Positions 18,852 to 31,988 of a DNA stretch of 64,000 nucleotides are shown piece by piece (the stretch's first letter is position 1; each line of letters begins with the position of its first letter). The DNA is from an uncultured Gemmatimonadales bacterium. GTDB taxonomy: Bacteria; Gemmatimonadota; Gemmatimonadetes; Gemmatimonadales; GWC2-71-9. A program made the position numbers and the translations under genes. Under the pieces are notes generated by a model that was not told where the DNA came from, did not search any database, and worked only from the letters and a program-made list of their open reading frames with translations. The DNA is taken from assembly GCA_963798915.1 (NCBI GenBank), contig CAWCVB010000005.1, positions 377,291 to 441,290 of the forward strand, read 5' to 3'.

Positions 18852-19642
18852 AGCAGGAGCTCCCCGCGCAGGACGGTCACGGCACACCCACGCAGGAGTA
18901 CCCGGTCGCCGCGGAGTTCCGTACCGACCACCCCGCCACGCGCCGAGGCCTGGTAGCCCGTCAGAACGTCTCTCCCAAGTCGTCCCGACCAGAACGGCGC
19001 CAGTGCGCAATGCGCCGATCCGGTGACCGGATCTTCAGGAACGCCCGACCCGGGCCCGAAGAATCGCGACACGAAGTCAAATCGCGGGTCATCGCTCGCC
19101 GCCGTGACGATGACGCCTCGGGCCGGGATGGCGGCCAGCTGGTCCAGGTTCGGGCTGAGCTCGCGGACGGCGCTCGCGCTTTCCATTTCTACCAGCCAGT
19201 CCATGCGATTGCGGGCCACCGAGCGCGCCGGTGCCCCGAGCGCCTGCAGCAGCCCGTCGGGCGCGGCCTCGGCGTGCACCTGGACCGCCGGGAAGTCCAG
19301 CACGATTGCGTTGCCAGACTGTCGCGCCGTCAGCGTTCCGCTGCGGGTCTCGAAGACAAGCTCGGCGTCGGTCAGGCGCAGCTCCTGCCACAGGACATGG
19401 GCGCTGGCGAGCGTGGCATGGCCGCAGAGGTCGACTTCCACGGTGGGGGTGAACCAGCGCAGGTCCCAGCGACTGTCATCACGACGGTGCAGAAATGCCG
19501 TCTCGGAGAGGTTCATCTCCATGGCGATCTTTTGCATGACTCCGGCGTCGGCGGGCGTGTCAAGCACGCAGACTGCGGCGGGATTGCCTTCGAACGGACG
19601 CTCCGCAAAGGCATCGACCTGAATGATGGGCTGGCGCGTCAC
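18848..19642 (-). CDS. PhzF family epimerase/isomerase
   Basis: VDAFAERPFEGNPAAV, NLSETAF, EVDLCGHATLA, EDPVTGSAHC. Confidence 0.93.
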   Translation of the reverse strand: MTRQPIIQVDAFAERPFEGNPAAVCVLDTPADAGVMQKIAMEMNLSETAFLHRRDDSRWDLRWFTPTVEVDLCGHATLASAHVLWQELRLTDAELVFETRSGTLTARQSGNAIVLDFPAVQVHAEAAPDGLLQALGAPARSVARNRMDWLVEMESASAVRELSPNLDQLAAIPARGVIVTAASDDPRFDFVSRFFGPGSGVPEDPVTGSAHCALAPFWSGRLGRDVLTGYQASARGGVVGTELRGDRVLLRGCAVTVLRGELLL

Positions 19643-20040
19643 GCTCGGTGCTCCTCCGGGATGATGGCATCCACCTCGATTTCGACCAGCATCGCCGGAT
19701 CGATGAGCCGGCGAACCTCCACCATCGACGTGGCGGGCCGCACGGCGCCGAAGAATTCGCCGTGCGCTCGACCGATCGCTTCCCACTGCGAGATGTCGGT
19801 GACGAACATCCGGGTGCGCACGACATCACTGACCGATGCCCCAAGTGTCGTGAGTGCCTGCATGATGATCCGGAGCGCGAAGCGGGTCTGGCCAGCGGCG
19901 TCGCCAGGCGCATGGACCTGGCCATCGTTGTCCACGGCGGCGGTGCCGGACACGGAGACATGATTGCCGACGCGTACCGCGCGGGAATAGCCCACCGGCG
20001 CCTCCCACGGGGCTCCGCTCGATACGTTTTGACGACTCAC
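19639..20040 (-). CDS. RidA/YjgF family protein
   Basis: WEAPVGYSRAV, SGT, RPATSMVEV, VEIEVDA. Confidence 0.92.
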   Translation of the reverse strand: MSRQNVSSGAPWEAPVGYSRAVRVGNHVSVSGTAAVDNDGQVHAPGDAAGQTRFALRIIMQALTTLGASVSDVVRTRMFVTDISQWEAIGRAHGEFFGAVRPATSMVEVRRLIDPAMLVEIEVDAIIPEEHRA

Positions 20041-20094
20041 CTGGACTCAACCTCCGGTTCATCTCAGAATGGGCTTGGTGGGGCGGGGCAGCAT

Positions 20095-20126
20095 AAAAGT
20101 AAAACCGGCGGCCATTGGCCGCCGGT
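20095..20126 (-). terminator. Intrinsic terminator of csbD-like gene
   Basis: Stem ACCGGCGGCC / GGCCGCCGGT (20104-20126) followed on the minus strand by a T-rich tract. Confidence 0.8.
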
Positions 20127-20133
20127 CGGAACA

Positions 20134-20382
20134 TCATGACTTGTCATTGTCGAGGTTGTCGTCGGGCTCCGAGGCCTCGGCCAGGTGCTGCTCGACCTTG
20201 CCCACCTCCTGTCGCAGCTTGCCCTTGAGCTCCTTGGCCTTGCCCTTGAATTCCTGGCTCTCGTCGTCCGCCGCGACACCATAGGCACCGCGTATCTTGC
20301 CGCCCACTTCCTCGACCTTGCCCTTCACGCGATTCTCCGCGCCCTTCTCGGCAAGCGAGTTCCGCCGTTCGTCCGTCGCCAT
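20134..20382 (-). CDS. CsbD-like stress protein
   Basis: NRVKGKVEEVGGKI..DDESQEFKGKAKELKGKL; AAGGAG RBS. Confidence 0.85.
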   Translation of the reverse strand: MATDERRNSLAEKGAENRVKGKVEEVGGKIRGAYGVAADDESQEFKGKAKELKGKLRQEVGKVEQHLAEASEPDDNLDNDKS

Positions 20383-20449
20383 GTTGCACTCCTTGACGGG
20401 GCTTGAAAGGGCCCGTTCTCCGGGCTTGTGTGACTGTACGATACGGCGC

Positions 20450-21466
20450 TCAGCGCGAGGGCGCCGTGACGCGAGGCACAGCCACCGTTTCCGCGTAGTG
20501 ACAGGCGGCCCGGGTCCTGGAGATGGGGCGCAGGAGCGGAACTTCATCAACGCAGCGTTGATTGCGCAGTGGATGGAAACAGCGCGTGTGGAACCGGCAA
20601 CCGGCTGGTGGTCGGGAGGGACTCGGCAGGTCGCCGGTCAACAGGATGCGATCCTCCGGCGCGTCAGGATCGGGCTCCGGGACAGCCGACAGCAGCGCCT
20701 GCGTGTACGGGTGGCGCGGGTCGGCCAGCACGTCTTCCGCAGGCCCCGTCTCCACAATCTGTCCGAGGTACATCACCGCGATGCGATGGGCGATCTGCCG
20801 GACCACCGCAAGGTCGTGCGCAATGAAGAGGTACGAAAGCCCGCGCCGCTCCTGCAAGTCGCGCAGCAGATTGACAACCTGGGCCTGGACTGAGACATCG
20901 AGCGCCGACACCGGCTCGTCGCACACGATGAAGGACGGTTCGACGGCCAACGCGCGGGCAATGCCGATCCGCTGCCGCTGCCCGCCCGAGAATTCGTGCG
21001 GATATCGGCTGGCATATCCCGGGTCCAGGCCGACCTCTTCGAGGAGGGCGCTCACCCGCCTGCCAACCTCGGCACCCCGGGCGAGCCGGTGAATCCGGAT
21101 GCCCTCGGCGACCGCATCACCGATCGTCATGCGAGGGTTGAGCGACGAATAGGGGTCCTGAAAGATGATTTGCATGCGCCGACGCAACTGCCGCAGCGGT
21201 TCGCGCCCCAGGCTGAAGACATCGCGCCCCTCGAATCGAACCGTACCGGCGGTCGGCTCCTGAAGACGAAGAACGGTGCGTCCTACCGAGCTCTTCCCGC
21301 AGCCGGATTCACCGACCAGCGCCAGCGTCTCGCCACGACCGATCTCGAATGACACACCATCCACGGCTCGCACTGGCGGCCGCTGGCGCTGCAGAAACCC
21401 CCCGGCTTCATAGTGCTTGACCAGGTCCTTGACCATCAGGATCGTCTCGGCCGCAGCGACAGTCAT
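20450..21466 (-). CDS. oppF: Oligopeptide ABC transporter ATP-binding protein
   Basis: [29 protein letters not shown] and C-terminal GCRFHTRC. Confidence 0.93.
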   Translation of the reverse strand: MTVAAAETILMVKDLVKHYEAGGFLQRQRPPVRAVDGVSFEIGRGETLALVGESGCGKSSVGRTVLRLQEPTAGTVRFEGRDVFSLGREPLRQLRRRMQIIFQDPYSSLNPRMTIGDAVAEGIRIHRLARGAEVGRRVSALLEEVGLDPGYASRYPHEFSGGQRQRIGIARALAVEPSFIVCDEPVSALDVSVQAQVVNLLRDLQERRGLSYLFIAHDLAVVRQIAHRIAVMYLGQIVETGPAEDVLADPRHPYTQALLSAVPEPDPDAPEDRILLTGDLPSPSRPPAGCRFHTRCFHPLRNQRCVDEVPLLRPISRTRAACHYAETVAVPRVTAPSR

Positions 21467-22437
21467 TCCGGGTCCTCCGCAATCCAGCAGCGCATCCGGT
21501 GGCCGGGTTCGACTTCGAGAAGCGGCGGCATCGTACCGCTCTTGGGATGCTTGATGGGGCATCGGGGCCGGAACCGGCACCCATCCGGCCACGCGTTGGG
21601 CGGAGGAACCGTGCCCGCAATCGGCGAGAGGCGTGTCACCGGCCCGGAGAGGCGCGGGACCGAGGCAAAGAGACCGATGGTGTAGGGGTGGGAAGGCCGC
21701 TCGAAAAGCTGCCTCGTTGATGCGGTCTCGATCAGCTGGCCGGCGTACATCACCGCAACGTCGTCGGCCCGCCCTGCGACAATGCCCAGGTCATGTGTGA
21801 TGAGAAGCATGGACATGTCGCGGGATTGGCGGAGGTGGTCGAGCAGTTCGAGGATCTGAGCCTGGACCGTCACGTCGAGCGCGGTGGTGGGTTCGTCGGC
21901 GATGAGCAGCTCCGGCTGCCCCGCCAGGGCGATCGCGATCATGACGCGTTGGCGCATGCCTCCGGACAACTGGTGGGGATAGGCGCGAAGGCGCTCCTCA
22001 GCATCAGGAATGCCGACCTCCTTGATCAGCGAAACCGCCTGATCCCTTGCATCGGCCTTGGTGACGTCAAAGTGGGCATGGATCACTTCGGTGATCTGGT
22101 CGCCCACCCGAAAGACCGGATTGAGACTGGTCATCGGATCCTGGAAGATCATCGCAATGCGACGGCCGCGGACCCGGCGCAGGGCCTCGTCCTTCAAGCC
22201 GAGCAGGTCAGTACCGTCGAGCATGACGGCGCTGCCGGTCTCGATCCGGCCGGGCGGCGGGACCAGGCGGAGCAGCGCCAGGCTGGTCAGGCTCTTTCCG
22301 CATCCCGATTCACCGACCAGCGCCAGCGTCTTCCCGCGTTCGATCTCGAAGGTGATGCCGTCCACCGGATATATCCGTCCGGTGTCTCGGTCGGGAAAGG
22401 ATATGCGGAGGTCACGGACCTGGAGTAGACTGCTCAT
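21463..22437 (-). CDS. oppD: Oligopeptide ABC transporter ATP-binding protein
   Basis: [25 protein letters not shown]. Confidence 0.93.
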   Translation of the reverse strand: MSSLLQVRDLRISFPDRDTGRIYPVDGITFEIERGKTLALVGESGCGKSLTSLALLRLVPPPGRIETGSAVMLDGTDLLGLKDEALRRVRGRRIAMIFQDPMTSLNPVFRVGDQITEVIHAHFDVTKADARDQAVSLIKEVGIPDAEERLRAYPHQLSGGMRQRVMIAIALAGQPELLIADEPTTALDVTVQAQILELLDHLRQSRDMSMLLITHDLGIVAGRADDVAVMYAGQLIETASTRQLFERPSHPYTIGLFASVPRLSGPVTRLSPIAGTVPPPNAWPDGCRFRPRCPIKHPKSGTMPPLLEVEPGHRMRCWIAEDPE

Positions 22438-23273
22438 GTTTCTCGCGGATCGGTGGCGGCGCGCAGCGCATCGCCGAAAAGGTTGACGGCCAGCACCGTG
22501 GCAATGATGGCGAGCCCGGGAAAGATGCTGACCCACGGCGCAGCGGTGAGCACGTCCTTGCCGTCCAGGATCATGCCACCCCAGGAGGGGGTCGGCGGCC
22601 GCACGCCCATGCCCAGAAATGACAGGCCGGCCTCCAGCAGGATGACATCGCCCACGCCCAGCGTCGCGGCCACGAGCAGGGGACCCAGGGTATTCGGTAG
22701 CAGGTGCCGTAACATAATGCGCCAGCCCCTGGCCCCGAGGGCCTGAGCGCTGTGCACAAATTCGGCGTGTTTGAGCCGCAGCACTTCGGCTCGAACCAGG
22801 CGGCTGGTACCCAGCCAGCCGGTGGCGCCGATCGTGATCATGAGCGCCACCAGCGGCATGCGCTCCCAGGCAGCCACGAGCAGCAGCAGCACGAACAGCC
22901 TGGGCACCGCCATGGCCGCATCGACTGCGCGCATCAGGAGCGTATCGAGCAGGCCGCCGGCGAATCCGGCCAGCAGGCCCACGAGCGCGCCCAGCGTGAT
23001 GGAGAGCGCGACAGCCACGCCGGCGACAGAGAGCGAGATGCGGGCACCGGAAGCCACGCGGGCGAGGACATCCCGGCTCAACTGGTCGGTTCCGAATGGG
23101 TGGAGCAGGCTTGGTGCAGTGGCGCCCCCGACGATATCAGGCTGCGCAAACGGGTCCGGCAGGGCAAGGGGCGCGAGCACACCGAAGAGTACGATGACAC
23201 CGAGGGCCATCGCGCCCGCGCGTCCCGCGGGACTCCGGAGTGCGCGGCGGAGGGCAGGCGCCGCCGGCATCAT
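22434..23273 (-). CDS. oppC: Oligopeptide ABC transporter permease
   Basis: HPFGTDQLSRDV, EAGLSFLGMG, PTPSWG. Confidence 0.92.
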   Translation of the reverse strand: MMPAAPALRRALRSPAGRAGAMALGVIVLFGVLAPLALPDPFAQPDIVGGATAPSLLHPFGTDQLSRDVLARVASGARISLSVAGVAVALSITLGALVGLLAGFAGGLLDTLLMRAVDAAMAVPRLFVLLLLVAAWERMPLVALMITIGATGWLGTSRLVRAEVLRLKHAEFVHSAQALGARGWRIMLRHLLPNTLGPLLVAATLGVGDVILLEAGLSFLGMGVRPPTPSWGGMILDGKDVLTAAPWVSIFPGLAIIATVLAVNLFGDALRAATDPRET

Positions 23274-24238
23274 GCGCGTCGCACCCTGGGATCGAGCACG
23301 GCATACGCGGCATCCGCCACCAGCGCCCCAGCCACCACCATCAGTGACACGAGGACGGTGATCCCCATCAGCAGTGGATAGTCGCGGGCCCCGACTGCAT
23401 CGGCCGCCAGCGCGCCGAGGCCCGGCCAGGCAAAGACCTTCTCGACGAACACGGATCCCGCCACCACAAGCGGCAGCCAGAGCCCGAACAGCGTCACGAC
23501 CGGAAAGAGTGCGTTCCGGAAGGCATGTCGCCATCGGACGGCGGCCTCGCCCAGCCCGCGGGCGCGCGCCGCCTGCACGTACGGTTCACGCAGCGCGTGC
23601 AGCATGGCACTGCGCTCGTGGCGCATGGTCGCGCCGATATTCACGGCCGCCAGGGTCACGGCTGGCAGCACGAGATGGCGCAGGATATCGACCGCCCGCA
23701 CGCCGAAGCCGGCGTCCGATGGCAGCAATGGATCGTGCATGCCGGCGGCCGGCAGCAGGCGCCATTCGATGCCGACCAGCCACGCGAGTACCAGCCCCAG
23801 CCAGAACGACGGGGTGGCGTAGGCGGCCAGCGACACAAGACCCGCGGCCTGCTCACCCGGACTGCCGGCCCGAGTGGCCTGGAAGGCGCCAAGCCACGAC
23901 CCCAGGACGAACGTGATGAGGAGGACGGTGCCACCCAGGAGGAGGGAGGCCGGCACCCGCTGGGCGATCAGGGCCGTCACAGGTCGGCCGTATTCGATTG
24001 ACGTGCCGAAGTCGCCCCGCAATGCGCCGGCGACAAACGAGCGAAACTGTGCCGCGAGCGGCTGGTCCAGGCCGTAGCGGGCCCGTAGGACGGCCGTCTG
24101 CTGCGGCGAAAGGGGATGCTCTTCGCCCAGCCGCGAGAGGGGGTCGCCCGGCGCAGCGCGCATGAGGAAGAACGCCAGGATGACCGCGAGCAGGGCGGTC
24201 ACCACCGCCTGGCCCACCCGTCCGGCGAGCCATCTCAT
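23270..24238 (-). CDS. oppB: Oligopeptide ABC transporter permease
   Basis: PGDP, YGLDQP, GDFGTS, ARARGL, EKVFAWPGLG, RDYP. Confidence 0.92.
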   Translation of the reverse strand: MRWLAGRVGQAVVTALLAVILAFFLMRAAPGDPLSRLGEEHPLSPQQTAVLRARYGLDQPLAAQFRSFVAGALRGDFGTSIEYGRPVTALIAQRVPASLLLGGTVLLITFVLGSWLGAFQATRAGSPGEQAAGLVSLAAYATPSFWLGLVLAWLVGIEWRLLPAAGMHDPLLPSDAGFGVRAVDILRHLVLPAVTLAAVNIGATMRHERSAMLHALREPYVQAARARGLGEAAVRWRHAFRNALFPVVTLFGLWLPLVVAGSVFVEKVFAWPGLGALAADAVGARDYPLLMGITVLVSLMVVAGALVADAAYAVLDPRVRRA

Positions 24239-24239
24239 G

Positions 24240-25883
24240 TCAATGGGTCACGCGATCCCGGGCCAACTCCTGGCCATGCCGCACCCGCCAGTGCCACAGC
24301 ATCAACCAGGGCGAGCCGTCCCGGAGTTCGACGCGCTCGAACCGTCGATGCACGGCGAGGACCTCGAGTGGAGCGAAGAGGAAGGTGGCGGCCGCATCGT
24401 CCTCCATGCGGCGGAGGGCCTGCAGGTAAAGCGGCGTGGCGTTGTCCTGCGCCATGATGGCCTCGGCGAGGAGCGAATCCGACGCCGGGTCGCAGAAGTG
24501 CGAGACGTTGCTGGCACCGCCGCAGGTCCAGGAATCGGTGAGCCCGGATGGTGAGGGCACCTGGCGCATCGCACCGAAGGAGATGTCGAAGCGCCCCGAC
24601 ACGAATCGCTCCTGCCAGACAGGCCGTTCGAGTACGAGCACATCCAGCTTGATGCCGATCTGCCGAAGTTGCTCCTGCGCCATCATTCCGATCTGGCGGC
24701 GCATGAGACTGGAGGACGGGATCATGACCGAGAGTTCAAGTGGGGTTCCGCCCCGTTCGAGCATGCCGTCGCCGTCTGCATCGCGCCAGCCAGCGTCCCG
24801 CAGCAGCGCGGCGGCGCGTGCAGCGTTCCTCGGCCGGGCCTTGGGCGACACATTGCCCAGCCAGAGCATCTGCGAGACCGGACCAAACGGGACCGAACCG
24901 TAGGGGCCGAACTGGGACTGCACCATCGCCTGGCGATCAAGTCCGAGGGTGATGGCCTGCCGCACCCGCTCATCGGCCAGGATGGGGTGCGCCCGCGCTG
25001 TGTCCGCCGGCGCGCGATAGTTGAAAAGCAGATAGCCGAGCAGGTCGGATGGAGTCGTCACCAGGCGGAAATCACCGGTGCGCTCGAGCCGCGACCGGTT
25101 GGCGAGCGGAGGCACCACGGCGGCCATGGCATCAGCTTCCCCACTCAGGAGCAGGTTCATCCGGGCTGCCGGGTCGGTGGCAGTGCGGAAGACGACTCGG
25201 CCCAGGCCGGGGTGGCCGAGAAAGAACTGGGAAACCGCCGCCAGCTCGACGGATTCCCCCGGCACCATCCGGACCCATCGGAAGGCGCCGTCTCCCACGG
25301 GCGCTCGCGCATAGGCCGAGCGCGCAACGGCGTCAGGCGGCATGGATTCCAGCAAATGGGCGGGAATGGGCTGGACGTAATACGTCGCGTCGAAGAACTG
25401 TTCGCCGTACGGCTGGTCAAAGCTGATGACCACCCGATGGTCACCTTCGGCCCGCACGTCGCGAATATGTTTCAGGAGGTCGGCCAGTGAGGGCGCGATG
25501 GCCGGATTCCGGGCGCGACGGAAGGTGAAGACGACATCGCGGGACGTGACCGGAACGCCGTCGTGCCAGCGCGCTCGTGGATCGAGCTCGAACACGAGCG
25601 TGACCGAGTCGCGCCGGGTCCAGCTCCGGGCCAGCTGCGGCTCGTATCCCGACTCATCGGTCGTCGCATGTCCCGGCTTCCGGACAGCGAGGCGAAGGAA
25701 GAGCTGGTCCGCCAGTTCCTGGTTGGCCCGGGTGTTGGCCGCACCTTCGATCAGGGTGGGAATCGGCAGGCTCGCCTGCTCCCCCGTGACGATCACGATC
25801 GTGCCAGAGGGCCCCTGGGCGCAGAGCGGCGCTCCAGCGGCCATCAGGCATATGCAGGTGGAGATCGAGGTCAGTCGGCGCAC
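24240..25883 (-). CDS. oppA: Peptide ABC transporter substrate-binding protein (SBP family 5)
   Basis: LARSW, RWHDGVPVTSRDVVFTF, PVGDGAF, RVRQAI; GTG start with GGAG RBS and signal peptide. Confidence 0.88.
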   Translation of the reverse strand: MRRLTSISTCICLMAAGAPLCAQGPSGTIVIVTGEQASLPIPTLIEGAANTRANQELADQLFLRLAVRKPGHATTDESGYEPQLARSWTRRDSVTLVFELDPRARWHDGVPVTSRDVVFTFRRARNPAIAPSLADLLKHIRDVRAEGDHRVVISFDQPYGEQFFDATYYVQPIPAHLLESMPPDAVARSAYARAPVGDGAFRWVRMVPGESVELAAVSQFFLGHPGLGRVVFRTATDPAARMNLLLSGEADAMAAVVPPLANRSRLERTGDFRLVTTPSDLLGYLLFNYRAPADTARAHPILADERVRQAITLGLDRQAMVQSQFGPYGSVPFGPVSQMLWLGNVSPKARPRNAARAAALLRDAGWRDADGDGMLERGGTPLELSVMIPSSSLMRRQIGMMAQEQLRQIGIKLDVLVLERPVWQERFVSGRFDISFGAMRQVPSPSGLTDSWTCGGASNVSHFCDPASDSLLAEAIMAQDNATPLYLQALRRMEDDAAATFLFAPLEVLAVHRRFERVELRDGSPWLMLWHWRVRHGQELARDRVTH

Positions 25884-25962
25884 TTTGGGCCACTCCTGGA
25901 CGGGGGTCGCGAGCGCGTCACTCTTTCCAATGTGAGAACGCAGGTCCGCTGCGTCCAGTGGC

Positions 25963-26761
25963 TCATCGCCGCCAGGTCCACTCCGCGGACTGGAAGCGGG
26001 GCGCATGCTGCGCCGCCAGCTGTCGCAAGTGGTGTGAGGGTGTGCGAAGGTCATGCCAGCTGCCTCGCCAGCTCTCCGCGGCCAAGCGGATGGCCTGGGC
26101 CACCTCGCCAAAGGCGACCGGACGCCGCAGTTCGGCGCTGAGCGAGGTGCTGCGGGCCTCAGCCGCGGGGCCCAGGGCCACCGTTCGCACCAGGGACTGG
26201 TCGCCTGCAAGCAGCAGCGATCCATGCTGCAGCAGCGCTCCCTCATGCCGCAACTGGGCGCTGCCAACCAGCTTGCCCCGCCGCGTCATCACCTCGCCGC
26301 CCACCGGATTTGCAAAGCAGGCGCCAGCCTCCAGTGAAAGCGGAACGACCTCGGCCGGGGCGAGGGTGGCGCGAACACGGAGAGAACAGACGGCCCGGCA
26401 GAGCATCGAGTGGATCAGCCGGTAGGCTGCGGCCAGGTCGCCAAACGCCGCGGTGGGCGCGGCCACGGCGTAGGTGAGTTCCTCCGCGTGCCAGACGGCC
26501 CGACCGCCAGTCGGCCGGCGGACCGTATCGATGCCCAGCGACTCGACGACGGCGCGATCATAGCGGCGAGCAGCCGGTTCGTGTCGCCCGAATGAGAGGC
26601 AGTGAGGATCCCACCTGTACAGGCGCAGCACCGCGCCACCCCCAGCCGCGAGGTCCAGCAACGCGGCATCGAGCGCCATGTTGGACCAGCCAGGCCGGGG
26701 AACCTCATCCAGCCAGAGTTGCCAGTCGAGCGGAGCCACGGGCGTCGGGGTGATTGGCCAC
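25963..26761 (-). CDS. Lipoate-protein ligase / octanoyltransferase (LplA/LipM family); start 26739, or 26761 if a +1 error at 26747-26750
   Basis: NMALDAALL, LRLYRW, VRRPTGGRAVWH, KLVGSAQ, LQHGSL; directly downstream of gcvH-gcvP. Confidence 0.88.
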
Positions 26762-26791
26762 CGCGCTCCGGCCGACGATCGAGCCCGCCCG

Positions 26792-29722
<2,931 letters not shown>

Positions 29723-29819
29723 CGAACTACCTCGAAGAAACCAGGCGTAAACGGACGGACGCCCCGGGCGAACGCAGCCCGGGGCGCCGATAAAGACTCA
29801 TTCTCATGCCGCCGGCGCA

Positions 29820-30209
29820 CTATTCGCCGATGTGCTTCCGGTAGGCGGCGGCGTCGAGCAGGCCATCCAGCGCGGACTTGTCGGACATGCGAATCTTGAC
29901 CATCCATCCCGCCCCGTAGGGATCCCGGTTCACCACCGCGGGGTCGGCGTCGAGCGCCTCGTTGATGGCGATCACCTCGCCAGCCACGGGCATGAAGAGT
30001 TCGGAGACCGCCTTGACGGCCTCGATGGTGCCGAACGACTGGTGGGCGTCAAAGGTGTCCCCCACCTTGGGCAGGCTCACGTATACGACGTCGCCCAGCT
30101 CGCCCTGCGCATAGTCGGTGATCCCGACCGCGGCGGCCGCACCGTCGCCGGTGTCCTGCACATATTCATGCTCTGTCGTGTACCGCAGCGCTTCCGGGAC
30201 GTTCGACAC
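29820..30209 (-). CDS. gcvH: Glycine cleavage system H protein
   Basis: HEYV, GITDYAQGELGDVVYV, EAVKAVSE (lipoyl Lys), NRDPYGAGW. Confidence 0.97.
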   Translation of the reverse strand: MSNVPEALRYTTEHEYVQDTGDGAAAAVGITDYAQGELGDVVYVSLPKVGDTFDAHQSFGTIEAVKAVSELFMPVAGEVIAINEALDADPAVVNRDPYGAGWMVKIRMSDKSALDGLLDAAAYRKHIGE

Positions 30210-30271
30210 GGGCACTCCCCTTGATCGTGGGCTGTTCTGCGGTGAGAGGATAGGTACGCGCCAGCATGAAA

Positions 30272-30871
30272 TCAAGCAGGGTGGGTGAGTGCGCGCCACA
30301 CCTCCTGCGCGGCGGCCCGGAGGTGGTCGAGCGAGCCATCATTGAGGATGACAAAATCGCTCTGCTGGCGGACCAGACTGGCCATGGCCTGCGCGTCGAG
30401 AAATCGCTCCGCGCTGTCCCGATCCAGGTGCCGTTGCTCCTCGAGTCGCTGGACGATGAGGGGCCGGGGTGACTCGACCAGCACCACCCGGTCGAACAGG
30501 TGTGCCGTGCCGGTCTCGAACAGCAGCGGGATTTCGACCACGACATACGGGGTCCCGCGTTTCGCAAGGTCCGCCAGTGCGGTTCTGATGGCCGAGAAGA
30601 CGGCGGGGTGAATGAGCGCGTTGAGGGCGGCCCGGGCATCGGCGTCGGCCAGAATCAGCCGACGAAGGGCGGCGCGATCGAGGCTGCCGTCCTCCTGCAC
30701 CATGGCATCGCCGAACCGATCAACGATGGCAGCGAACACCGGAGTGCCGCGCGCCTGAAGGCCGCGGACCGTCTCGTCCGCATCAATCCGGACGGCGCCC
30801 CACAGCTCGAACAGCCGGGCCACGGTGCTCTTGCCGGATGCGATGTTGCCGGTGACGGCAATACTGCGCAT
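30272..30871 (-). CDS. coaE: Dephospho-CoA kinase
   Basis: TGNIASGKS, DAD, LDRAAL, LIHP, EIPLLFE. Confidence 0.95.
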   Translation of the reverse strand: MRSIAVTGNIASGKSTVARLFELWGAVRIDADETVRGLQARGTPVFAAIVDRFGDAMVQEDGSLDRAALRRLILADADARAALNALIHPAVFSAIRTALADLAKRGTPYVVVEIPLLFETGTAHLFDRVVLVESPRPLIVQRLEEQRHLDRDSAERFLDAQAMASLVRQQSDFVILNDGSLDHLRAAAQEVWRALTHPA

Positions 30872-30880
30872 GCGCCCCGC

Positions 30881-31513
30881 TCAGGAGGCGTGGCGGGCGG
30901 CCGCGTTCAGCGCCAGGTCGCCCTGGTCTTCGTCCCGCCGGGGCACCGCATGGCAGGTGCGGCAGCGGGCCTCGTAACTCTCGCGACCGCCGACCATGAT
31001 GGTGGGAGAGTCGTATCGTGCCGGGCGGCCGTCGATGAGTCGCTGGTTGCGACAGGCCAGCTCCCCGCAGCGCACACAGATGGCGCGCAGCTTGTCCACC
31101 TGCTCGGCCACGCACATCAGCGGCCCCATGAAGCCGAACGGCTCGCCCCGGAAATCGGTGTCGGTGCCGGCCAGGATGACGCGCTTGCCCTGATTGGCCA
31201 GCATCGTGACGACCTCGACGAGGCCGGCATCCAGGAACTGGGCCTCGTCGATGGCGACGATGTCCGTGTCAGGCCGGACCTGCCGGAATATTTCCGCGGC
31301 GCTGTCCACGGGCGCCGCGTCCAGCTCGCCGCCGCTGTGACTGGAGACACTGTACAGTCCCGCGTAGCGGCTATCGAGATGCGACTTGAAGACCTGCACC
31401 CGTCGTCGTGCAATGATGCCACGGCGCACGCGCCGGATGAGTTCCTCGCTCTTGCCGCTGAACATCACGCCGGCAATGACTTCGATCCATCCCGACTGGG
31501 GCTGTTCGTGCAT
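30881..31513 (-). CDS. tdk: Thymidine kinase
   Basis: [28 protein letters not shown]...YEARCRTCH. Confidence 0.96.
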   Translation of the reverse strand: MHEQPQSGWIEVIAGVMFSGKSEELIRRVRRGIIARRRVQVFKSHLDSRYAGLYSVSSHSGGELDAAPVDSAAEIFRQVRPDTDIVAIDEAQFLDAGLVEVVTMLANQGKRVILAGTDTDFRGEPFGFMGPLMCVAEQVDKLRAICVRCGELACRNQRLIDGRPARYDSPTIMVGGRESYEARCRTCHAVPRRDEDQGDLALNAAARHAS

Positions 31514-31655
31514 GACCTGTCCTGTGGCGTGCGGGGCCCGAGAGATTACGGCGCGCAGCGGCTGCGGTCAAGCGCCGGTCGGCGCAGCTTGCGGGATGTG
31601 CGTTCGGCGCGGCATATTGACGCCCTCAATCCCCGTCCAGTACAAGGAGTCGCCC

Positions 31656-31988
31656 GTGAACCGGCAGGACCTGGTTGCCGCACTCGCGAAGCGCGCCGGA
31701 CTGACCCGCGCCCGCGCGGCTGAACTCGTGGACGTACTCTTCGGGGACGAGGGACTGATTGCGGCCGAGCTGAAGCGGGGCGGCAAGGTGCTGATCAGCG
31801 GCTTTGGCCAGTTCGAAACGCGTGCGCGGGCCGCACGCAAGGGCCGCAATCCCGCCACCAACGAAACCATTACGCTCAAGGCGACCACCGTACCCGCGTT
31901 CCGGCCCGGCAAGACGCTCAAGGACCTCGTGAGCCGCGTCCGACCGGCCGCCGGGGCCGCTCGGCGCCGCGGTCCAGCCGGGCCGTAA
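31656..31988 (+). CDS. hup: HU family DNA-binding protein
   Basis: GFGQFE..RAARKGRNPAT.E..PAFRPGKTLKD; AAGGAG RBS before GTG. Confidence 0.93.
   Translation: MNRQDLVAALAKRAGLTRARAAELVDVLFGDEGLIAAELKRGGKVLISGFGQFETRARAARKGRNPATNETITLKATTVPAFRPGKTLKDLVSRVRPAAGAARRRGPAGP

Noticed and set aside
18848..19642. Phenazine biosynthesis cluster
   Set aside because: Lone PhzF-family gene between ridA and csaA with no other phz genes.
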